Shown here: piece after piece, positions 10,858 to 25,800 of the stretch
Position numbering within the stretch: position 1 is the first letter of the stretch
Layout of the letters: each line of letters opens with the position of its first letter
Assembly: GCF_016432865.1 (NCBI RefSeq)
Contig: NC_067403.1
Span: 199,950,001-200,014,000, forward strand
DNA from: Antechinus flavipes
Taxonomy: Eukaryota
Length of the DNA: 64,000 nt
Direction of reading: 5' to 3'
Notes under the pieces: generated by a model
The model's input: the letters and a program-made list of their open reading frames with translations, nothing else
What the model was told of the DNA's origin: nothing
Database searches by the model: none
Position numbers and translations under genes: made by a program

Positions 10858-13800
10858 AGTGTTCCATTCTGGGAACTGAGATTGACCTTCAGATCATTGA
10901 AAATGACACTGTGAGCATAGAGAGTTTCTTCAAAGCTTGGCTACAAAACAGTGGGACAGACCAAGAGCATCTCCATCTCCTCCTTCCTTCACAACGTTTC
11001 AGCAGCTTCTCCAGTGTCAAATTGGAACCAAGTACAGTATCCTCAGTATATATACAAGAAAAGAATAATATAGAATGATATAGTATAGTATAGAACTATA
11101 GTTCTATACTAGTAAGAATAGTATAGAACTCATGGTGAACAATAGGAAAAAATGGCTAGCAAATGGCATAGTTGAGAATGGGAGATTCCAGTGCATCAAA
11201 AGTTCAGATTATTAGTAGTATATATCAGTATATATCACTTATATAGCTTACCAATTGAAAAAGATTTATAAAGAAAATAATCACTTCATAAATCATTAAG
11301 TGTTATATTAAAGAATTATTATACAGTGAAATATTTATTATTCTAATTTTATAAGCAATGCTGAGCATAATTTCATATTTTTTGGTATTCTTAATATGGA
11401 TCACAATCTTATAGGGCTTCAGAAGTGTCATTTTGAATATCAGTCTGACTCAGACTGGTGAATGATTTCCAATTGCTAGAACTGCTGGAATCCAATTGAT
11501 TCTAAATTCTCATTTCCAATGACACAAACATAGGTAGAGTTTGTAGTTTTGTATCTAGCAAAGGACTTCAGTGTATTGTAGCACATAGAGATGAATTTTG
11601 TGATGTTTCCTCCCCTATAAGCTTAAGCTGAAAGATTTCTTCTGCTAAAAGCAAAACATCTGAGGAAGTCTGAACTTGTCTTTTTGACCACTTCATGTTT
11701 CAGCAGAGAGAGGAAGCAACAAAGGGAACTACTTCTCTGGGCTTAATTCTAACAAGGAAGTTAGTGATATGGAAATGACAGGAACTGTTCAGGACTGACT
11801 ACCCTAAAGGTTTCAGGGTTGGTACGGGCAGTAGCCAAGCATGAGAGCAGAGGAATTTCCTTTAGGTCCTTTTGGCCCTTCCCATTGTCTTGGCTCTGCC
11901 TGGAACCCTGGCTTGAATTCCCTGGACTTTCCCCCGTGGTATCCTGGTCCCTGTTTCTCCTTTGTTCCTTCAGCTGATTTCAAAAATAACTCTACTCCAA
12001 ACTGGGCCACTTTCCATAATGGTCCCTGAAAAACCAGACAACCTTGTCATCGTAGAGTTAATAATTGCCTGAAAAAGGACTCCTGTATATTGCTAGATTT
12101 GTACCTTGAGCTTTTGGAAAGCAGATTTTAAAGAGTTCAGAATAAAAGATACATGGCCAGAGATTCTCAAAGGAAATCCACTGGGAAAGATGAGGCTCTC
12201 AGAAACAGAATTCTAATAATAAAATCACAAATTGTAGAGACAGCAGGGTGCAATGCATAGAGAGCCTCTCTTTGAAATCAGGAGGATATTGGTTCAAGTC
12301 GAAAGTTGGCTCCTAGGAGAAAAATCGGAACAGAAGAGAGTGAAAGAGATAATATTGTAAAAAATTACCCAGGCATGGGTTCTGNNNNNNNNNNNNNNNN
12401 NNNNNNNNNNNNNNNNNNNNNNNNNNNNNNNNNNNNNNNNNNNNNNNNNNNNNNNNNNNNNNNNNNNNNNNNNNNNNNNNNNNNNNNNNNNNNNNNNNNN
12501 NNNNNNNNNNNNGGGGAAAAAAAAAGAAAGTTGGCTCCTTATTGGTTGTATGACTAAATCATTTAAACTCTCAGTATTCTGAGAAGATGCCTCCCAACAT
12601 TCATGAAAGGAGTTTATTCACTGGAAGTTTCCTGCGCCAGTGAATCACAGGTTTAGTCCTATTCCATCCACAATCACAGATTAGGGGGAAAAGAAGGCTT
12701 GTCTAAAGATAAAGCTATGAATTCACAGATAGTCTTTTAATTGACTCACTTAAAAGTACATGTACAAAATTCAGACGGATAAATAAAAGAAATGGGATGA
12801 ACCTACAAAAAGACTGTCAAAAAAACCTAAAATCTAAAATGAACCAAGATTGCAAAAAAAAAAAGAGAGAAAATGCTGACAACACAAAAATATCGAGCTA
12901 TGTTCAGAAGAGGAAGGTAAAGAGCAAAGAAGGGTAGGACTGCTCTTTTCTTTAGTTTTAACATGATATTTTATTTTTCCCCAATTATATGTTAAAACCA
13001 ATTTTTTAATATTTGATTTTTCTTTAAGTTTTGAATTCCAAATTTAGCCCTCCCCCATCCCTCCCCACGATGGTAAGCAAATATAGGTTATACATATGCA
13101 GTTATCTAAAACATTTCCATATTAGTCATTTTGTATAAGAAGTCTCAAATAAAAAAGAAAGAAAGAAAAAATGAAAAACTAGCCTGCTTTCGTCTATATC
13201 CAGACAATATCAGTTCTTTCTCTGGAGGTGAATATTATTCTTCATCATTAGGCCTTTGGAATTGTCTTGGATCATTGTGTTGCTGAGAATAGTCAAGTCA
13301 TTCACAATTCTTCATCATTCAGTATGGTTATTGTGTAAAACATTCTCCTGATTCTGTCACTTCACTTTGCATCAGTTCCTGCAAATCTTTCCAGGTTTTT
13401 CTGAAATCATCCTGCTTATCATTTCTTAGTATAATAATATTCCATCACAATCATATACTACAGCATTCTTGACTCTAGCTGGTTTTTGTTGTTGTTTTGT
13501 TTTAGCTTTTTTCAAGAAGTCTTTTCTATAATAGTCAGCGATCATCATACTGCAAAATATAAAATAGACATAGTTATGAAATCCATTTCCCCTTCCACCT
13601 CCTCCTATACTTGAATTCATTCTCCCTGCCTGTCCCTCTAGTCACTTTTTTTCACCATGCTCTGTTCTCTGGAGAGCAGATTTTTCTATGTTATCTCCCT
13701 TTTCCACAAATATTCATTCCATCTTCTGGCCAAAATGAAACGTCAGTTCCTTTTGATGAGAAAAATATGTCAAGGAGACAAAAATATGTCCCAGTCTTTA

Positions 13801-16800
13801 CAAGCCAAAGCAATAGAGGTGCATCTTAGAACTATAGATCTCTCAGAAAAAATTAATAGAGGCCAACAACCTAAAGGACATATAATAAGGAAACTGCCCA
13901 GAAGTATTAAAAACAGCATTTAGAGGACAAATCTATTAGGATCTATAGGCTGCCAACATAAAGAGTTTAACAGAAATATAGTTACCAGATTTCAGGGTTT
14001 TGCAATCAAGGAGAAAATCAATCTTGAAAGCAGCCAAGAGGAAGTGAACTACAGATCAGCAAGCACCTGTTCAGATGGTGAAAAAACAGGAAATGAAAGA
14101 ATAGACCAGAATGTGATATACTGAAAAGCAATGGGAAATAGTCTGTTCTCTAAGATTGACAGTCTGGAAAACTAAGGCAATTCCTACATGGAAAAGTGAT
14201 TCTTTTATAATATCATAAACTTTGGTCATTTCCTGAAGACAAATCCAGAACTGGGCAGAACCTTTGATATAAAAATTGGTTAAACACATTAAATATAAAC
14301 AAAGTAGTCAGCAATTGCATGCAGAGAAGGATTAAGTGTTAATATTCTTAAGGAACTAATAAGTGTTTTTGTAACCTTTAAGTCAAAACTGGCATAAAGG
14401 TCCCTGAAAAAAAAAATAAAGGCTGAAAATTTAAGGAAAGAATCTCTTGAAAATAGGACAAAATCTGAATATTAACAGAGAAGAAGTTGGAAGAAATTCA
14501 GTAATTTTTCTTGAAATTAAATGCCACTCTTTTCAACAGTGAGATGATGCAGACTGATTTCAATAGATTTGTGTTGGAAAGAGTTATCTATATTCAGAGA
14601 AAGAACTATAGGAACTGAATGTAGATCATAACATAGTATTTTCACTTTTTTGTTGTTTGCTTGTTTTGTTTTCTCTTACTTTTCCCTTTTTGCTCCAATT
14701 TTCCTTGTGCTGCATGATAAATGTGGAAATATGTTTACAAGAACCACACATTTAACCTATATTGGATTACTTGCTGTCTAGGAGAGGGGGATGAGGAAGA
14801 AAGAGGGAGAAACATATGGAACACAAATTTTTGCAAGAATGAATATTGAAAACTATCTTTGCATATATTTAGAAAAATAAAAAGCTATTACTTAAAAGAA
14901 GAAAAAAGAAATTAAGTGCCACACATAAAAATTAATCAAACAAAAATATATTAAGTAGGAAAGTGAAAATGATTTTTTTTCTTTTTGAAGCAATTAGAGT
15001 CAAATAAATTGCTCAGGATCATACAACTCTTAAGTGCCAAATGTCTGAGGTTAAATTTGAACTTAGTTCCCCCTGGCTCCAAGACCAATGCCCATTGGTC
15101 CAGGTGGAACACCTAGCCGCACTTTGAAAAATAATTCTTTAACTACATACTTATATGGTATACCTAGGAAAAAGTGAATAAAAAATACTTTTAAGACTAT
15201 ATCAGTGAAAGGAGACTCCCAGGATTTAGCTTTGGCACGGGCAGCAAGAAGAGAAGGGACTGAAGTGGAGCTCAATCATAAAATTAGATTGTTACAAATA
15301 GATACTCACAATAGGGTAATATCATAAACAAATTAGTGGAACACAGGAAAAAATTACCTCTAAGATCTACATAAATGAGATAGATGTACACAGAAAATAA
15401 GTAATTTTGATTACATAAAATTAAAAAGGTTTTGCAGAAACAAAACCAATGCAGCTAAAATTAGAAAGAAAAAAAAAACTGGGCCAAAAAAAAAAATCCT
15501 TGGAACAAGTTTCTCTGATGAAGGTCTCATTTCTGAGATGCACAGGGAACTGAATCAAATTTATAAAAAAAATTCGCCCCAAATGATAAATGGTCAAAGG
15601 TTAAGAATAGGCAGTTTTCAGGGGAAGAAATATAAGCTACCAATGGACTATTTTAATAGTATTTTATTTTTCCAAATACATATAAAAATAATTTTCAACA
15701 TCTATTTTTCAACATCAACTTTGTATTCCAAATTCCTCTCTGTCCTTCCCTTGCCTCTCCCCTCCCCAAGACAGTAAGAAATCTGATATAGGTTAAATAT
15801 GTGCGACTTTTTAAAGCGTATTTCCGTATCTGTCATGTTGTGCAAGAAAATGCAGGTCAAAAAGGAAAAACTACAAAAAAGAAAAAAAAAAGCAATCCAA
15901 CAACAACAAAAAGAAAAATACTGTGCTTCTACCCCCATTCAGTTTCCATAGTTCTCTCTATGAAGGCAGATGGCATTTTCCATCCCATGTCTATTGGAAT
16001 TGCCTTTTCAATGGCTTTAAAAAAAAATACTCCAAATCTAATAATTGTAGAAATGCAAATTAAAAATAATTCTGGGGTTTCATCTCAGATTGGCTAAAAT
16101 GTGAAAAAATTAAAATAAAAAAATCTGGAGTAGATGTGGGAAAATAAGGCTTTTATGCATTGTTAGCAAAGCCATAAATTAGTGCAATTGTTTTGGAAAA
16201 CAGTTTGAAACTATACTCCAAAAAGGTTATTAAACTATACATGTCCTTTCATCTAACACTACTGCTGCTGAATCTATGCCCCAAAGAGAATAAAGAAACA
16301 AGAAACAACCCAAATATTAAAAAAAAAATGTTTACAGCAGCTCTTTTTGTGGTGACAAACAATTGAAAACTGAGGATGGCTGAATAAATTGTCATATATG
16401 GAACGGCATTATGCTAAAAGAAATGTTGAACGGGATCATTTCAGAAAAATCTGGGAAGACTTAGATGAACATCTGGCAAGATTTATATGAATTGATGCAA
16501 AGTAAAGTGAGCAGAACTTGGAGAATAATTTATATAGTAACAGCAATGTTGTAAAGATAATTTGAAAGACATAATGACCAATTAAAATTCTAGAGGATTC
16601 TTGATGAAATGTCCTGCATACCTCTAGGTGGAAAAGTGATGGAATTAGAGTGCAAATTAGAACATGATTTCTCCTCTTTCTTTTTCCTTATTTGTTTTTT
16701 GAATATAACTAATAAAGAAATGTATTTTGTATGACTATATTTGTAATGAATTTTTGTTTTCTTGCCTTCCCTATGGGGAAGGAAGGGGGGAGAGGAGACA

Positions 16801-19800
16801 GAATCAAAATCAAAATAAAGTTGAATTAAGAAATGAAAAACATTAAACTACTTGAGGTAATTGTGACTGAAAGATGCAGGCCGTAGTTCATGTCAGAAAG
16901 GGGAAAAAAACAGGATTTGGTTATTGATTAGGGAATAGTGAACCAGTTATGTTTTGAATATACTTAAATATCACTGTGCTGTAAGAAACAATGAATAAGA
17001 TGAATATGGAGAAGCATAGAAAGGCTTAAATGAACTGACACAAAAGGAACCTGAAAAGTAATACACATAATGACCACAAATGAGAGAACAACAAAATCTA
17101 AGCTGAATATTCTGAAATCATCATAATTAATCTCAGCCTCAAGCAGAATATGAGAACATACCTCCACAGTATGGGACACTGAATATAACAGACTTTTTGG
17201 CATCTTAGTTTTTCTGAACTTTCTTTTTCTTTTCTCTTCTTTATTTTGCTGAGGCAGGGAGGTGATGCAATGAATACAGGGCTAGACCTGGAATCAGGAG
17301 GGTCTGACCTTAAATTTTACACTTATTTTGTGTTCTTGGACAACTCATAATTTCTATTTGCCTCAGTCTCCTCAGCTGTAAAATAGGAGAGGAGGAGTAC
17401 CTATCTCTCAAAGTTGTAATGAGGATCAGAAATATTTGGAAAGTGCTTAACAATAAGTGCTTTTCTTTTTTTTTCTTATAATAAGGAAGGCTTTGTGAGA
17501 GATATGTGGGAAAACATGATAGAAAATGTAAAATGATTTAAAATCCAAAGATATATATGTATTTAAATATTAAATTGTTACAAAGCATATTTATATTTGA
17601 TCTGGGCCAAGAGAAATGGGATTTGTATTAGTGCTAGGGCTAATGGCCTAAAACAGTAGGAGAAAACAACAATAATAAGGGTATCGGATAGAGTATAAAC
17701 AAAACTGAATATAGCATGGGTGATTTAGAAAATCCTACAGAATAAACCAAAAAAGAGAAAATCAGTGCCTTAGTAAAGTATCAGGAGACAAAGTAAATAC
17801 ACAGAAAAACATTACCATTTCCATATATTACTAACAAAAACTATGAAAATGAGATAGAAGGAAAAATATAACTTAAAGAAACACTAAAAAGCATGCTAAG
17901 TATCTTTGTTATTCTACCAAGCCACATGTTATTTATATAAATGCAACTTAAATATTCAAACATTGGTGTGGATGTCCCTTCCAACAATACATATTGCAAA
18001 TCAGCCATCCCTTACTCTTCTGTGCAATTCTTAATCCATAATATGACTCTAAAACAATTTTCCTAGAAATGAAGAAAGACTTCACAAAGTTCAGAGATAC
18101 TTGATACCTTGCCTAGGCCACACTGATAATGACAGAAAAGTTCATACTGGCCAAGTTAATTGGTAGATTTGCCTCTTTGCCTTTCAAATTACCAAAAGGG
18201 TACTTTGTAGAATTAAAACAAAATAATAATAGCATGTCATATACAAGTATAAATGGACAAAAAATACCTAGGAAAACAAAAGTAGTAATAAGGTAGTAAT
18301 TATCAAGATTATGGTATTAAATATGAAAACTGAGTGCTTTGACAGTGGAATAGATAAAATAAGCAAGACTTTGGAGGAAATGCCTAATGCAGCCTAATTT
18401 TTAATAAACTCAGAACTGTGGGATACTAGAGAAAGAATTCAAAAATTGCTAGGAAAATTGTGTAACAGTCATCAGCTAAGTGGCACAAGATATAGAGTAC
18501 AGGTCCTAAAGTCAGGAAGCCTCATCTTCCCAAGTTCGAATCTGGCCTCAGATACTTACTAGCTCTGTGACCCTGGATAAGCCACTTAGCCCTATTTGTC
18601 TCAGTTTCCTCATCTGTAAAACAAGCTGGAGAAAAAAATGACAAATTACTCTGGTATCTCTGCCAAGAAAATCCCAAATGTTGTCAAAAAAGAGTCAGAC
18701 ACAATTGAAAACGACTGCATGTTCATAATTAATAAGATTTTATAAGTGAATATGTATATGTAAACACACACATACCATCTTAAATAGGAAACCTTTGGCT
18801 TCCATCTCTCTCAACTTGACAAGTAAGCCAATGGTTTATTGACTAAGGTTTGCTGACAAAATCTCTTGTCAATTGATTTGCATTGGTTAAATGTTGATAT
18901 AAAATAAAATATGTCAGTGTCATTTCTTCTATTATACATCTTTTATTATCATTTATTTATATAAATAGTTCAAGATTAATTTGTTTCAAGTGTGTTCCAT
19001 ATCTTTTTTCTCATTCTTCTTCTTCTGACTCTTTATTAATTAGAATCATTGCTCTAATACATTGTCAGTCTGCCTATACCCAGACACCATTTAAGGATAA
19101 ACTTCTACATCCATAACAAGTCCTGGTCTGTCTGTTAAAATATAATCAATTCTATTTTTTATTATGGGATTCACCTCCAATGCCTACCAATTATTTTCTC
19201 AAATAAAGTATCTATAATATAATGGTATCTACCCATACCCAGCACCACACAGCAAGCATACTGTCTATATTTCTCCCATCCACCAGAAGTGGCTAAAAGA
19301 GGTGACTTTATGAACATTGACATTAATAATCCTTTAAAGAATTCAACTTCAACCTTCGGTTCCTAATTTTTTTTTCCTGTGTACCTAGCAATTGGGCAAA
19401 TTTCCATAGTGAAAAACCCAAGTAGTTTAAAAATTATACCATCAATCTTTTTTGAGGTTGATGATCATCATCATGATATAAAACAATGCTTAGAATCACA
19501 AATAATCAGAGAATAAACATTAAAACAGCTAAGGTAGCCCTTTAGCTTATCAAATTAGCAAAGATATTGAAAGATTGAAAAGTCAGGATTGGTAGAGTAT
19601 TGGTATCCTGGGGGTGAAGAGGGAGTAAACTAATTTACTGCTTGTAGAACAGTGAATTTATCCAACATTATGGAAAACAATTTAGAATTTTACAAAAAAA
19701 AGTTAGAAAGTTGATCTATTATTATAATCTTTGTGCAAGTGATGTCAATATTGGGTTTTTACATCTAAGAAGATGATAAACAACAAGAAAAAACCTATCG

Positions 19801-22800
19801 GCAAAAAGATATTTCTAGTAGTGCTGTTTACAAATGTAGTTTAAAAACTGGAAACAAACTATTGATCTAGTGATGGAGAAATGACTGAACATGTGATGTA
19901 GAACTATTAAAATATTACTATGTCATAAGGAATGACAAAAAATGAAGAATCAAAAGAATCAAGGAAATATGGGAAGAATTATATAAAGCAATGTAACATA
20001 ATCAAGCAGAATCAAAGAAAAATAGACACATTTACCGCAACTTTGTAAATGAAGGTCATTTTAAATAGCATCAGAATTTAGATTAAAAACATGGGACAAT
20101 GTGGATATTTAAACAACATATACCCACTGTTTTAACAGACAAAACTATTAACATGAAGTTGCATGTGCAAGCAGTCTAAATCACTTTTTTTAATGTTTTG
20201 CTTTACTGATTGTGGGGTATACAATCAGAGACAATGGAATAAGGAAAACCAAAAATTACCAATTTTTAAAAATTATAATAATTTTAAATGGAGGGAAAAA
20301 AGAATTAGAACATGGTAGAACATTACCATCCATCACTCAGAAGAATACTGTAATACCTCCTTCATTTGGATCCTACCTCTGAGCCAATTCTAAAGATTTT
20401 TCATCTCTAAACATATGGACAAACAATCCTTCTACCAGGAACACTTTAAAAATAAAGCATTTCAGAGGCCTGGAAAAATTTACATGAACTGATGCTGAGC
20501 GAAACAAACAGAACCAGGAATACATTGTACACAGTAACAGCAAGAATGTGCAATGATCAGCTATGAAAGGCTTGGTTCTTCGCTGAGGTTCAGTGATCCA
20601 ACACAATCCCAATAAACTTTAGATAGAAAACTCCATCTGCATCTTTCTCTAAGGAGACCTAATTAAATTAACATAAGCTATGTTCACTTCTTTTTTTCTG
20701 TTTTTTTTTTTCTCTCCTGTGGTTTTTTCCTTTTGTTCTGATTTTTCTCTCCCAAAATGATTCATAAAGCAATGTGTATTAAAAATAAATAAATTAAATA
20801 TTAAAAAATAAAGTATTCCAGGACCTCGTTTTCCCTTCTTGGTCCCAACAAGAGCTAGCGATGAGCCGGTAGCATCAGCTGACTAACTGGCTTCTGCTTT
20901 CCAGGCCTTCCCATTTCTGCTGCCTTACAGCAACTCAGCCACAGGCAGCTGCATGAGGAAACTTCTGAGGGTAACTGGCAGAGGGCCCCACGGCAGGTTA
21001 TGATGTTGGCTTTGCCTCGCTCAGAAGATGCATGTTCCCCACAGACAGATTAAAAAGCCAGATCACCCTCATAAGTGCCAAAGCAATACAGGGTTCCCAT
21101 TGTGCCAGCTCATTATCCATCAAAGAGAACGCGCTGTTAAAGCCTGGAGAGCAAGTACAGCCTAGCTGCAGGGGGGGGGGGTCATCCAGCCCCCTACTTC
21201 CTCCCAAACAATCCTGCCTTCGGGCAGTCCATATTACTTCTCTCCCTTGCCAACCTGCTGCCAGCCCTTGGCAGTTGTGCTCTTTGAACTATGAAAGAGG
21301 AATGGGTGGCAGTTAATGTCTCCTAATTGCATGCCCTAAGGGAGGCTGTGACCCTAATCCTTTCCTCTGATGCTTGTTTTATTGCAGTATGTCTGAAATG
21401 TGATCTTCAAGAGCGGCTTCTTAACCCAGCCCTCCTCCCTGGCACAGCAGAGAGCCCCAGAGGACACTTCAGCTCTTTCTGCCAGATGGCCCCCCAATCA
21501 GCAGCATCATGTTACAGACTCCGGGTGATCAAGTAAGGTACCAGAGTATCCCTCGCCCCCCCTCCTGCCCCCACACCATCAGCGCAGACTCATGATTTTC
21601 CTTGTCTATTTTTCAGCTCAGCCCTCGAATAATCTTAGTACTTCAGGGCAATCTCTGACTGCCCAAGGATGGGATGGTGCTCTCAGTCCATGAATGGGTG
21701 TGTACCTGGTGCGTGGTCAGGCTACAGTGAGCCAAGACCAGGGAGCACTGTGGAAAGCAGCAGATGGAGAATCCAGACTCCTGGCTTGGGGCCTGGAGAG
21801 GAAGGAATACTTTAAAAGAGAACTTGCTTAAAATGAGTAGGATCACTGGATTTGGAACCAGAGGGCCTGGGTTTGAGTCCTCACTTTGTGTGACCTTAAC
21901 CAATTCTTATCTGTAAATGAAGGGATTCTACAAGTTGATCTCGAAAGTCTCTTCCAGTTCCCAGTTCTATAATGCTGATGAAATGAAGGCATTTCTACCC
22001 CCTTCAAGTTGCTTTTGTTCCCTTTCAGGTTCCTCAGGAGTCAGTCCCTTAATAGTTCTAGAGATTTTCCAGAGAAGGTATTTGTGTTGCTGGCTGGAAT
22101 AGAAGCAACTTCTTGTATACTCACTGCCATGCCCTTTAAATAAGAAGACTCTTACTCTTGGTTCTCAGTCACAAGAAGCATTGTTGCCTGTGACTGTTTC
22201 TAAAAATGTTAGTCCAGGCAGGTGATCAAGATCTGGATAAGATCAAGGTTAAATGGAAACAATGGAGAAGGATTAAGTGGGAGAGTCTCTACTTACTGCC
22301 TAGGTGACTTTAGGCTAGTCAGTTCTCCTCAGTCTTTAAAACTATGGTGTTTAATGATCCCATAGGTGTCCTCCAGAACTAAATCCATGATCCTCTGAGC
22401 CTATAAGTTTTTTCAAGAAAGAAACTACAATATGAAGAAACACAAATAACTGATTTAAAATGTGTTTTCAACACAATGATCTGAGGAATCTGAAGAGATC
22501 GATTCCATAACAGGATAGTCAAAGATGAATTTATGAAAGAAGTAGCACCTGAGTTGAGCCTAGAAGAAAGTGGAATTGGATAGGAAAGAGATCCCTGTAG
22601 GGCTTGATAGCAGCAGGAATAAATCTGAGGGGCTGGGAGAGAGTTGGAGACAAGAGGAAAGTGAGGTGAGAAATGACCAGTACTGTGGCATATGAAGGTA
22701 ATGGAATATTATTGTTCTATTAAAAAATGTTGGACAAGCTGATTATAGAAAGGCCTGGAAAGATTTACACAAACTGATGCTGAGCAATATGAGCAGAACC

Positions 22801-25800
22801 AGGAATACATTGTACACAGTAACAGCAAGATTGTGTGATGATCACTATGAAAGCCTTGGATCTTCTCAGTGATTCAGTGATCCAAGGCAATTCCAATAGA
22901 CTTTGAACAGAAAATGCCATCCGCAATCAGAAAAAGAACTAAAGAACTAAATGTAAATCAACACATGCTATGTTCACTTCTTTTTTCTGTTTTTTTTTTT
23001 CCTCTCCCATGGTTTTTCACTTTTACTCTCATTTTTTTCTCCCAACATGATTCCTAAAGCAATATGTGTTAAAATAAACAAACGAATAAATAATTTTTTT
23101 AAAAGAACCCCCCCCAAAAAATAAGAAATGATCAACACTGGGCATTGGATGGTACCACTAGCAGTGATGGAGATATTGGAAAGTGTTTCCCATCACTTCC
23201 CTTTGCGTTTCTTCCTCATACATTTATTCAGAGAAACAAGTCCTGATCATTGGCTTGACTTTCAGATTTGAGAAATGCTAAAAAGGAGTGGGGGAAAGGC
23301 AGGGGAGGGGAGGAAGAAGGAGGAGGGGTGGCAGTGCCTTGCATCATCAGGTTGTGGTGTCTGCATATTCTCCCTGAGGGAGTATCTCCTTCCATGTATG
23401 TAGTTTTAGGATACCACCATCATTGTACATATGCTGCCTTTGTAATCTTCCTAACCACAGTGATCACTTAGCACTGCTCTACTCAGAAACCTCCAGGGAA
23501 CTCGCAGATCAAGGTAGATGATGTACCCAAAGTGCTTTGTAAATCCTAAAACCCTAAATATTAATGTCAGCTTTTATGATCAACTCATATTTTCCATGTT
23601 GCTGTTATTATCCCATAGATACTCATTGCCCATTAAACAAAGTATTAATTTCTGGCTTGTCTTTCAAACCTTGCCATAATCTGGCTCAAACCCACCTTTC
23701 CAGCCTCATCTCATTTTACCCTTCTTAGTGTAATCTTATGTTCCAATCAAATTAAATGATTCTTCTAGTCCAATATAGCTCTCTCCCAGCCCCTCAGATT
23801 TGTTCCTGTGGTTATCAGGCCCTGCAGGCAGCTCTTTCCTATCCACATCCACTTTTTTAGATCCAACTTAGGTGTTGCTTCTTCCATGAATCCATCTTTG
23901 ACTACCCTGATAGTCTTTTTCTCCTCAAATTCCTCAGATCATTGTGCTGAAAATACATTTTGAATGTAGTTATTTGTATGCTTGTTCTTCCTACCATCAG
24001 ATTATAAACTTATTCAGAATAGGCTCTCCAAACCCTCTTTGTGTTTGCTTTGTCCAATAATGTTGATTCCTTAAACTTTTGTGTGAATTGAATTGAGCAG
24101 ATAAAGAAGCCCAGAAATCTTGCCTGAGTGATACTTGAGATAGAACCTTTTGTGCTGTGATAGAGAAAGATAGATGGAATAGGCCATGGATATATTTAGA
24201 ATGATATGCTTTGGGATCTGGAAAGATCTATTCTACTTCCCCAAGGGAGACTTCAATTTCCACCATTGTGGAAAGGAGAAGGTCCAATAACCTATCAGGG
24301 AAAGGTATGCAGCCTTCAGAACAGCCATGACTTCATGCTTAGTCCTTCTCGGTCCTATCCCTAAGGAAGATATTGGCTTAAAAGTATATCTATATGTCGC
24401 AGGTCAAATAGTAAGCACTAAAACCATAGTGCTCTTTTAGTGGTCCAGAATAAAAGTCCCTTGTGCTGTAACTCTGAGTGGGAAGTAGTCTCACTTTGAC
24501 CAGGAGGTCATAACTTATTCTTGCCAGCTTCCCTTCTTCCCACAAATGCTAGTTTTAGAAAGGGCAATTACAAATAGGAAGAAATCATATTTCATGAAAT
24601 AAAATCATGAAATAAAAAACAATGAAGTTACAAGGTAATAACAACAATAATAAGCACAACAGCTAGCATTGGTATAGCTTTGCAAAACACTTATTTTTTT
24701 CTCACAACAATCCTGATGCTATTTTTATCCCCATTTTACAGATGAGGCTGAGAAAGGCTGTGATTTGCCCAGACTTTCTCACTAATAAGCTAATACATCT
24801 GAAGCCAGATTTTAATTTAGATCTTCCTGACTCTACACCTAGTCCTCTCTGCACTGTGCTACCCCCACCATGTCCCTTCCATCCTAGCACACGAACACCA
24901 GAGACCATTAAGAGCTGGTAACATTGTTCTCTTCTTGGCTGAGTTGAAAGTTTTATCTAATCTTCAACCCAAAAGTCAAATAAAAGGAGAAAGCCCTATT
25001 ACCAACAGTCTCTGGGTTTCATGAGCTGGGAATCAAGAGACATCCCAGGGTGGGGCCTGAGCACTGAGGAGGGGGCCTGCCCACCATTCACAAGTTTGTA
25101 CCTTGCCTTTCACTCATGTCCCTCAAACTCCCTTTTCTCTCTCTCTCAGCCTCTCAGGAAGCCTGATTCCTTCCACATAGTCAGTATACATTACTGCATT
25201 TTACTCCACCTTTCTTCTCTCCAAACCCGCCTCCTCAGGGTCCCTCACATCACCCAGCTCCAGGTGTGGAATGTCCTCACTCCTCCCCATCATCTCTTAG
25301 AAGCCCACCTGCTGCACAGGGCTCTTCCCCCTCCCCAGTGTCTCTCACTGCCCAGAGTGGCCCCATGTTGCTTCCGTACGTACTTCTGTGTATATGAGCC
25401 GCTACCCCGTGTAGAATGGAAGCTATTTAAAGCCGTTTTCTTGCTTTTCTCATATCCTGGTGCTTAACAGAGGGCCCAGGTAGGCCGTAAGCCTCTTGGT
25501 ATCAATGAGCACTCTTATTTAAGCTTAGTGACTCTTCCAGCCTGTTGTTCTGCATTAAATAAGTGCATTTGTTGCCAGTATAGGCTGCCAAGGGGCATGG
25601 GGCCGGCCTCCTTGGCAAGGCTGTGCAGGCTCTCAGGCAGGGCCTGAGCCCTCATGGCTCCTACTTGGATTTGGGCCATTTGGGATAGACTCGGATGCCC
25701 CAGAATGTTCCTTCTTCCCTGCTGTTCTCTTGTCTCAGGGCTCTAGAATCCAGCGGAGTCTGCGAGTCGGTGACATATGGACTCCCATTCATCATCAGGC

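Noticed and set aside
12306-12557. ORFs spanning N runs (also 26540-26991)
   Set aside because: Artefacts of assembly gaps.
24414-24433. Perfect 7-bp hairpin agcacta-aaacca-tagtgct
   Set aside because: Stems of this length are expected several times by chance in 64 kb; no ncRNA context.
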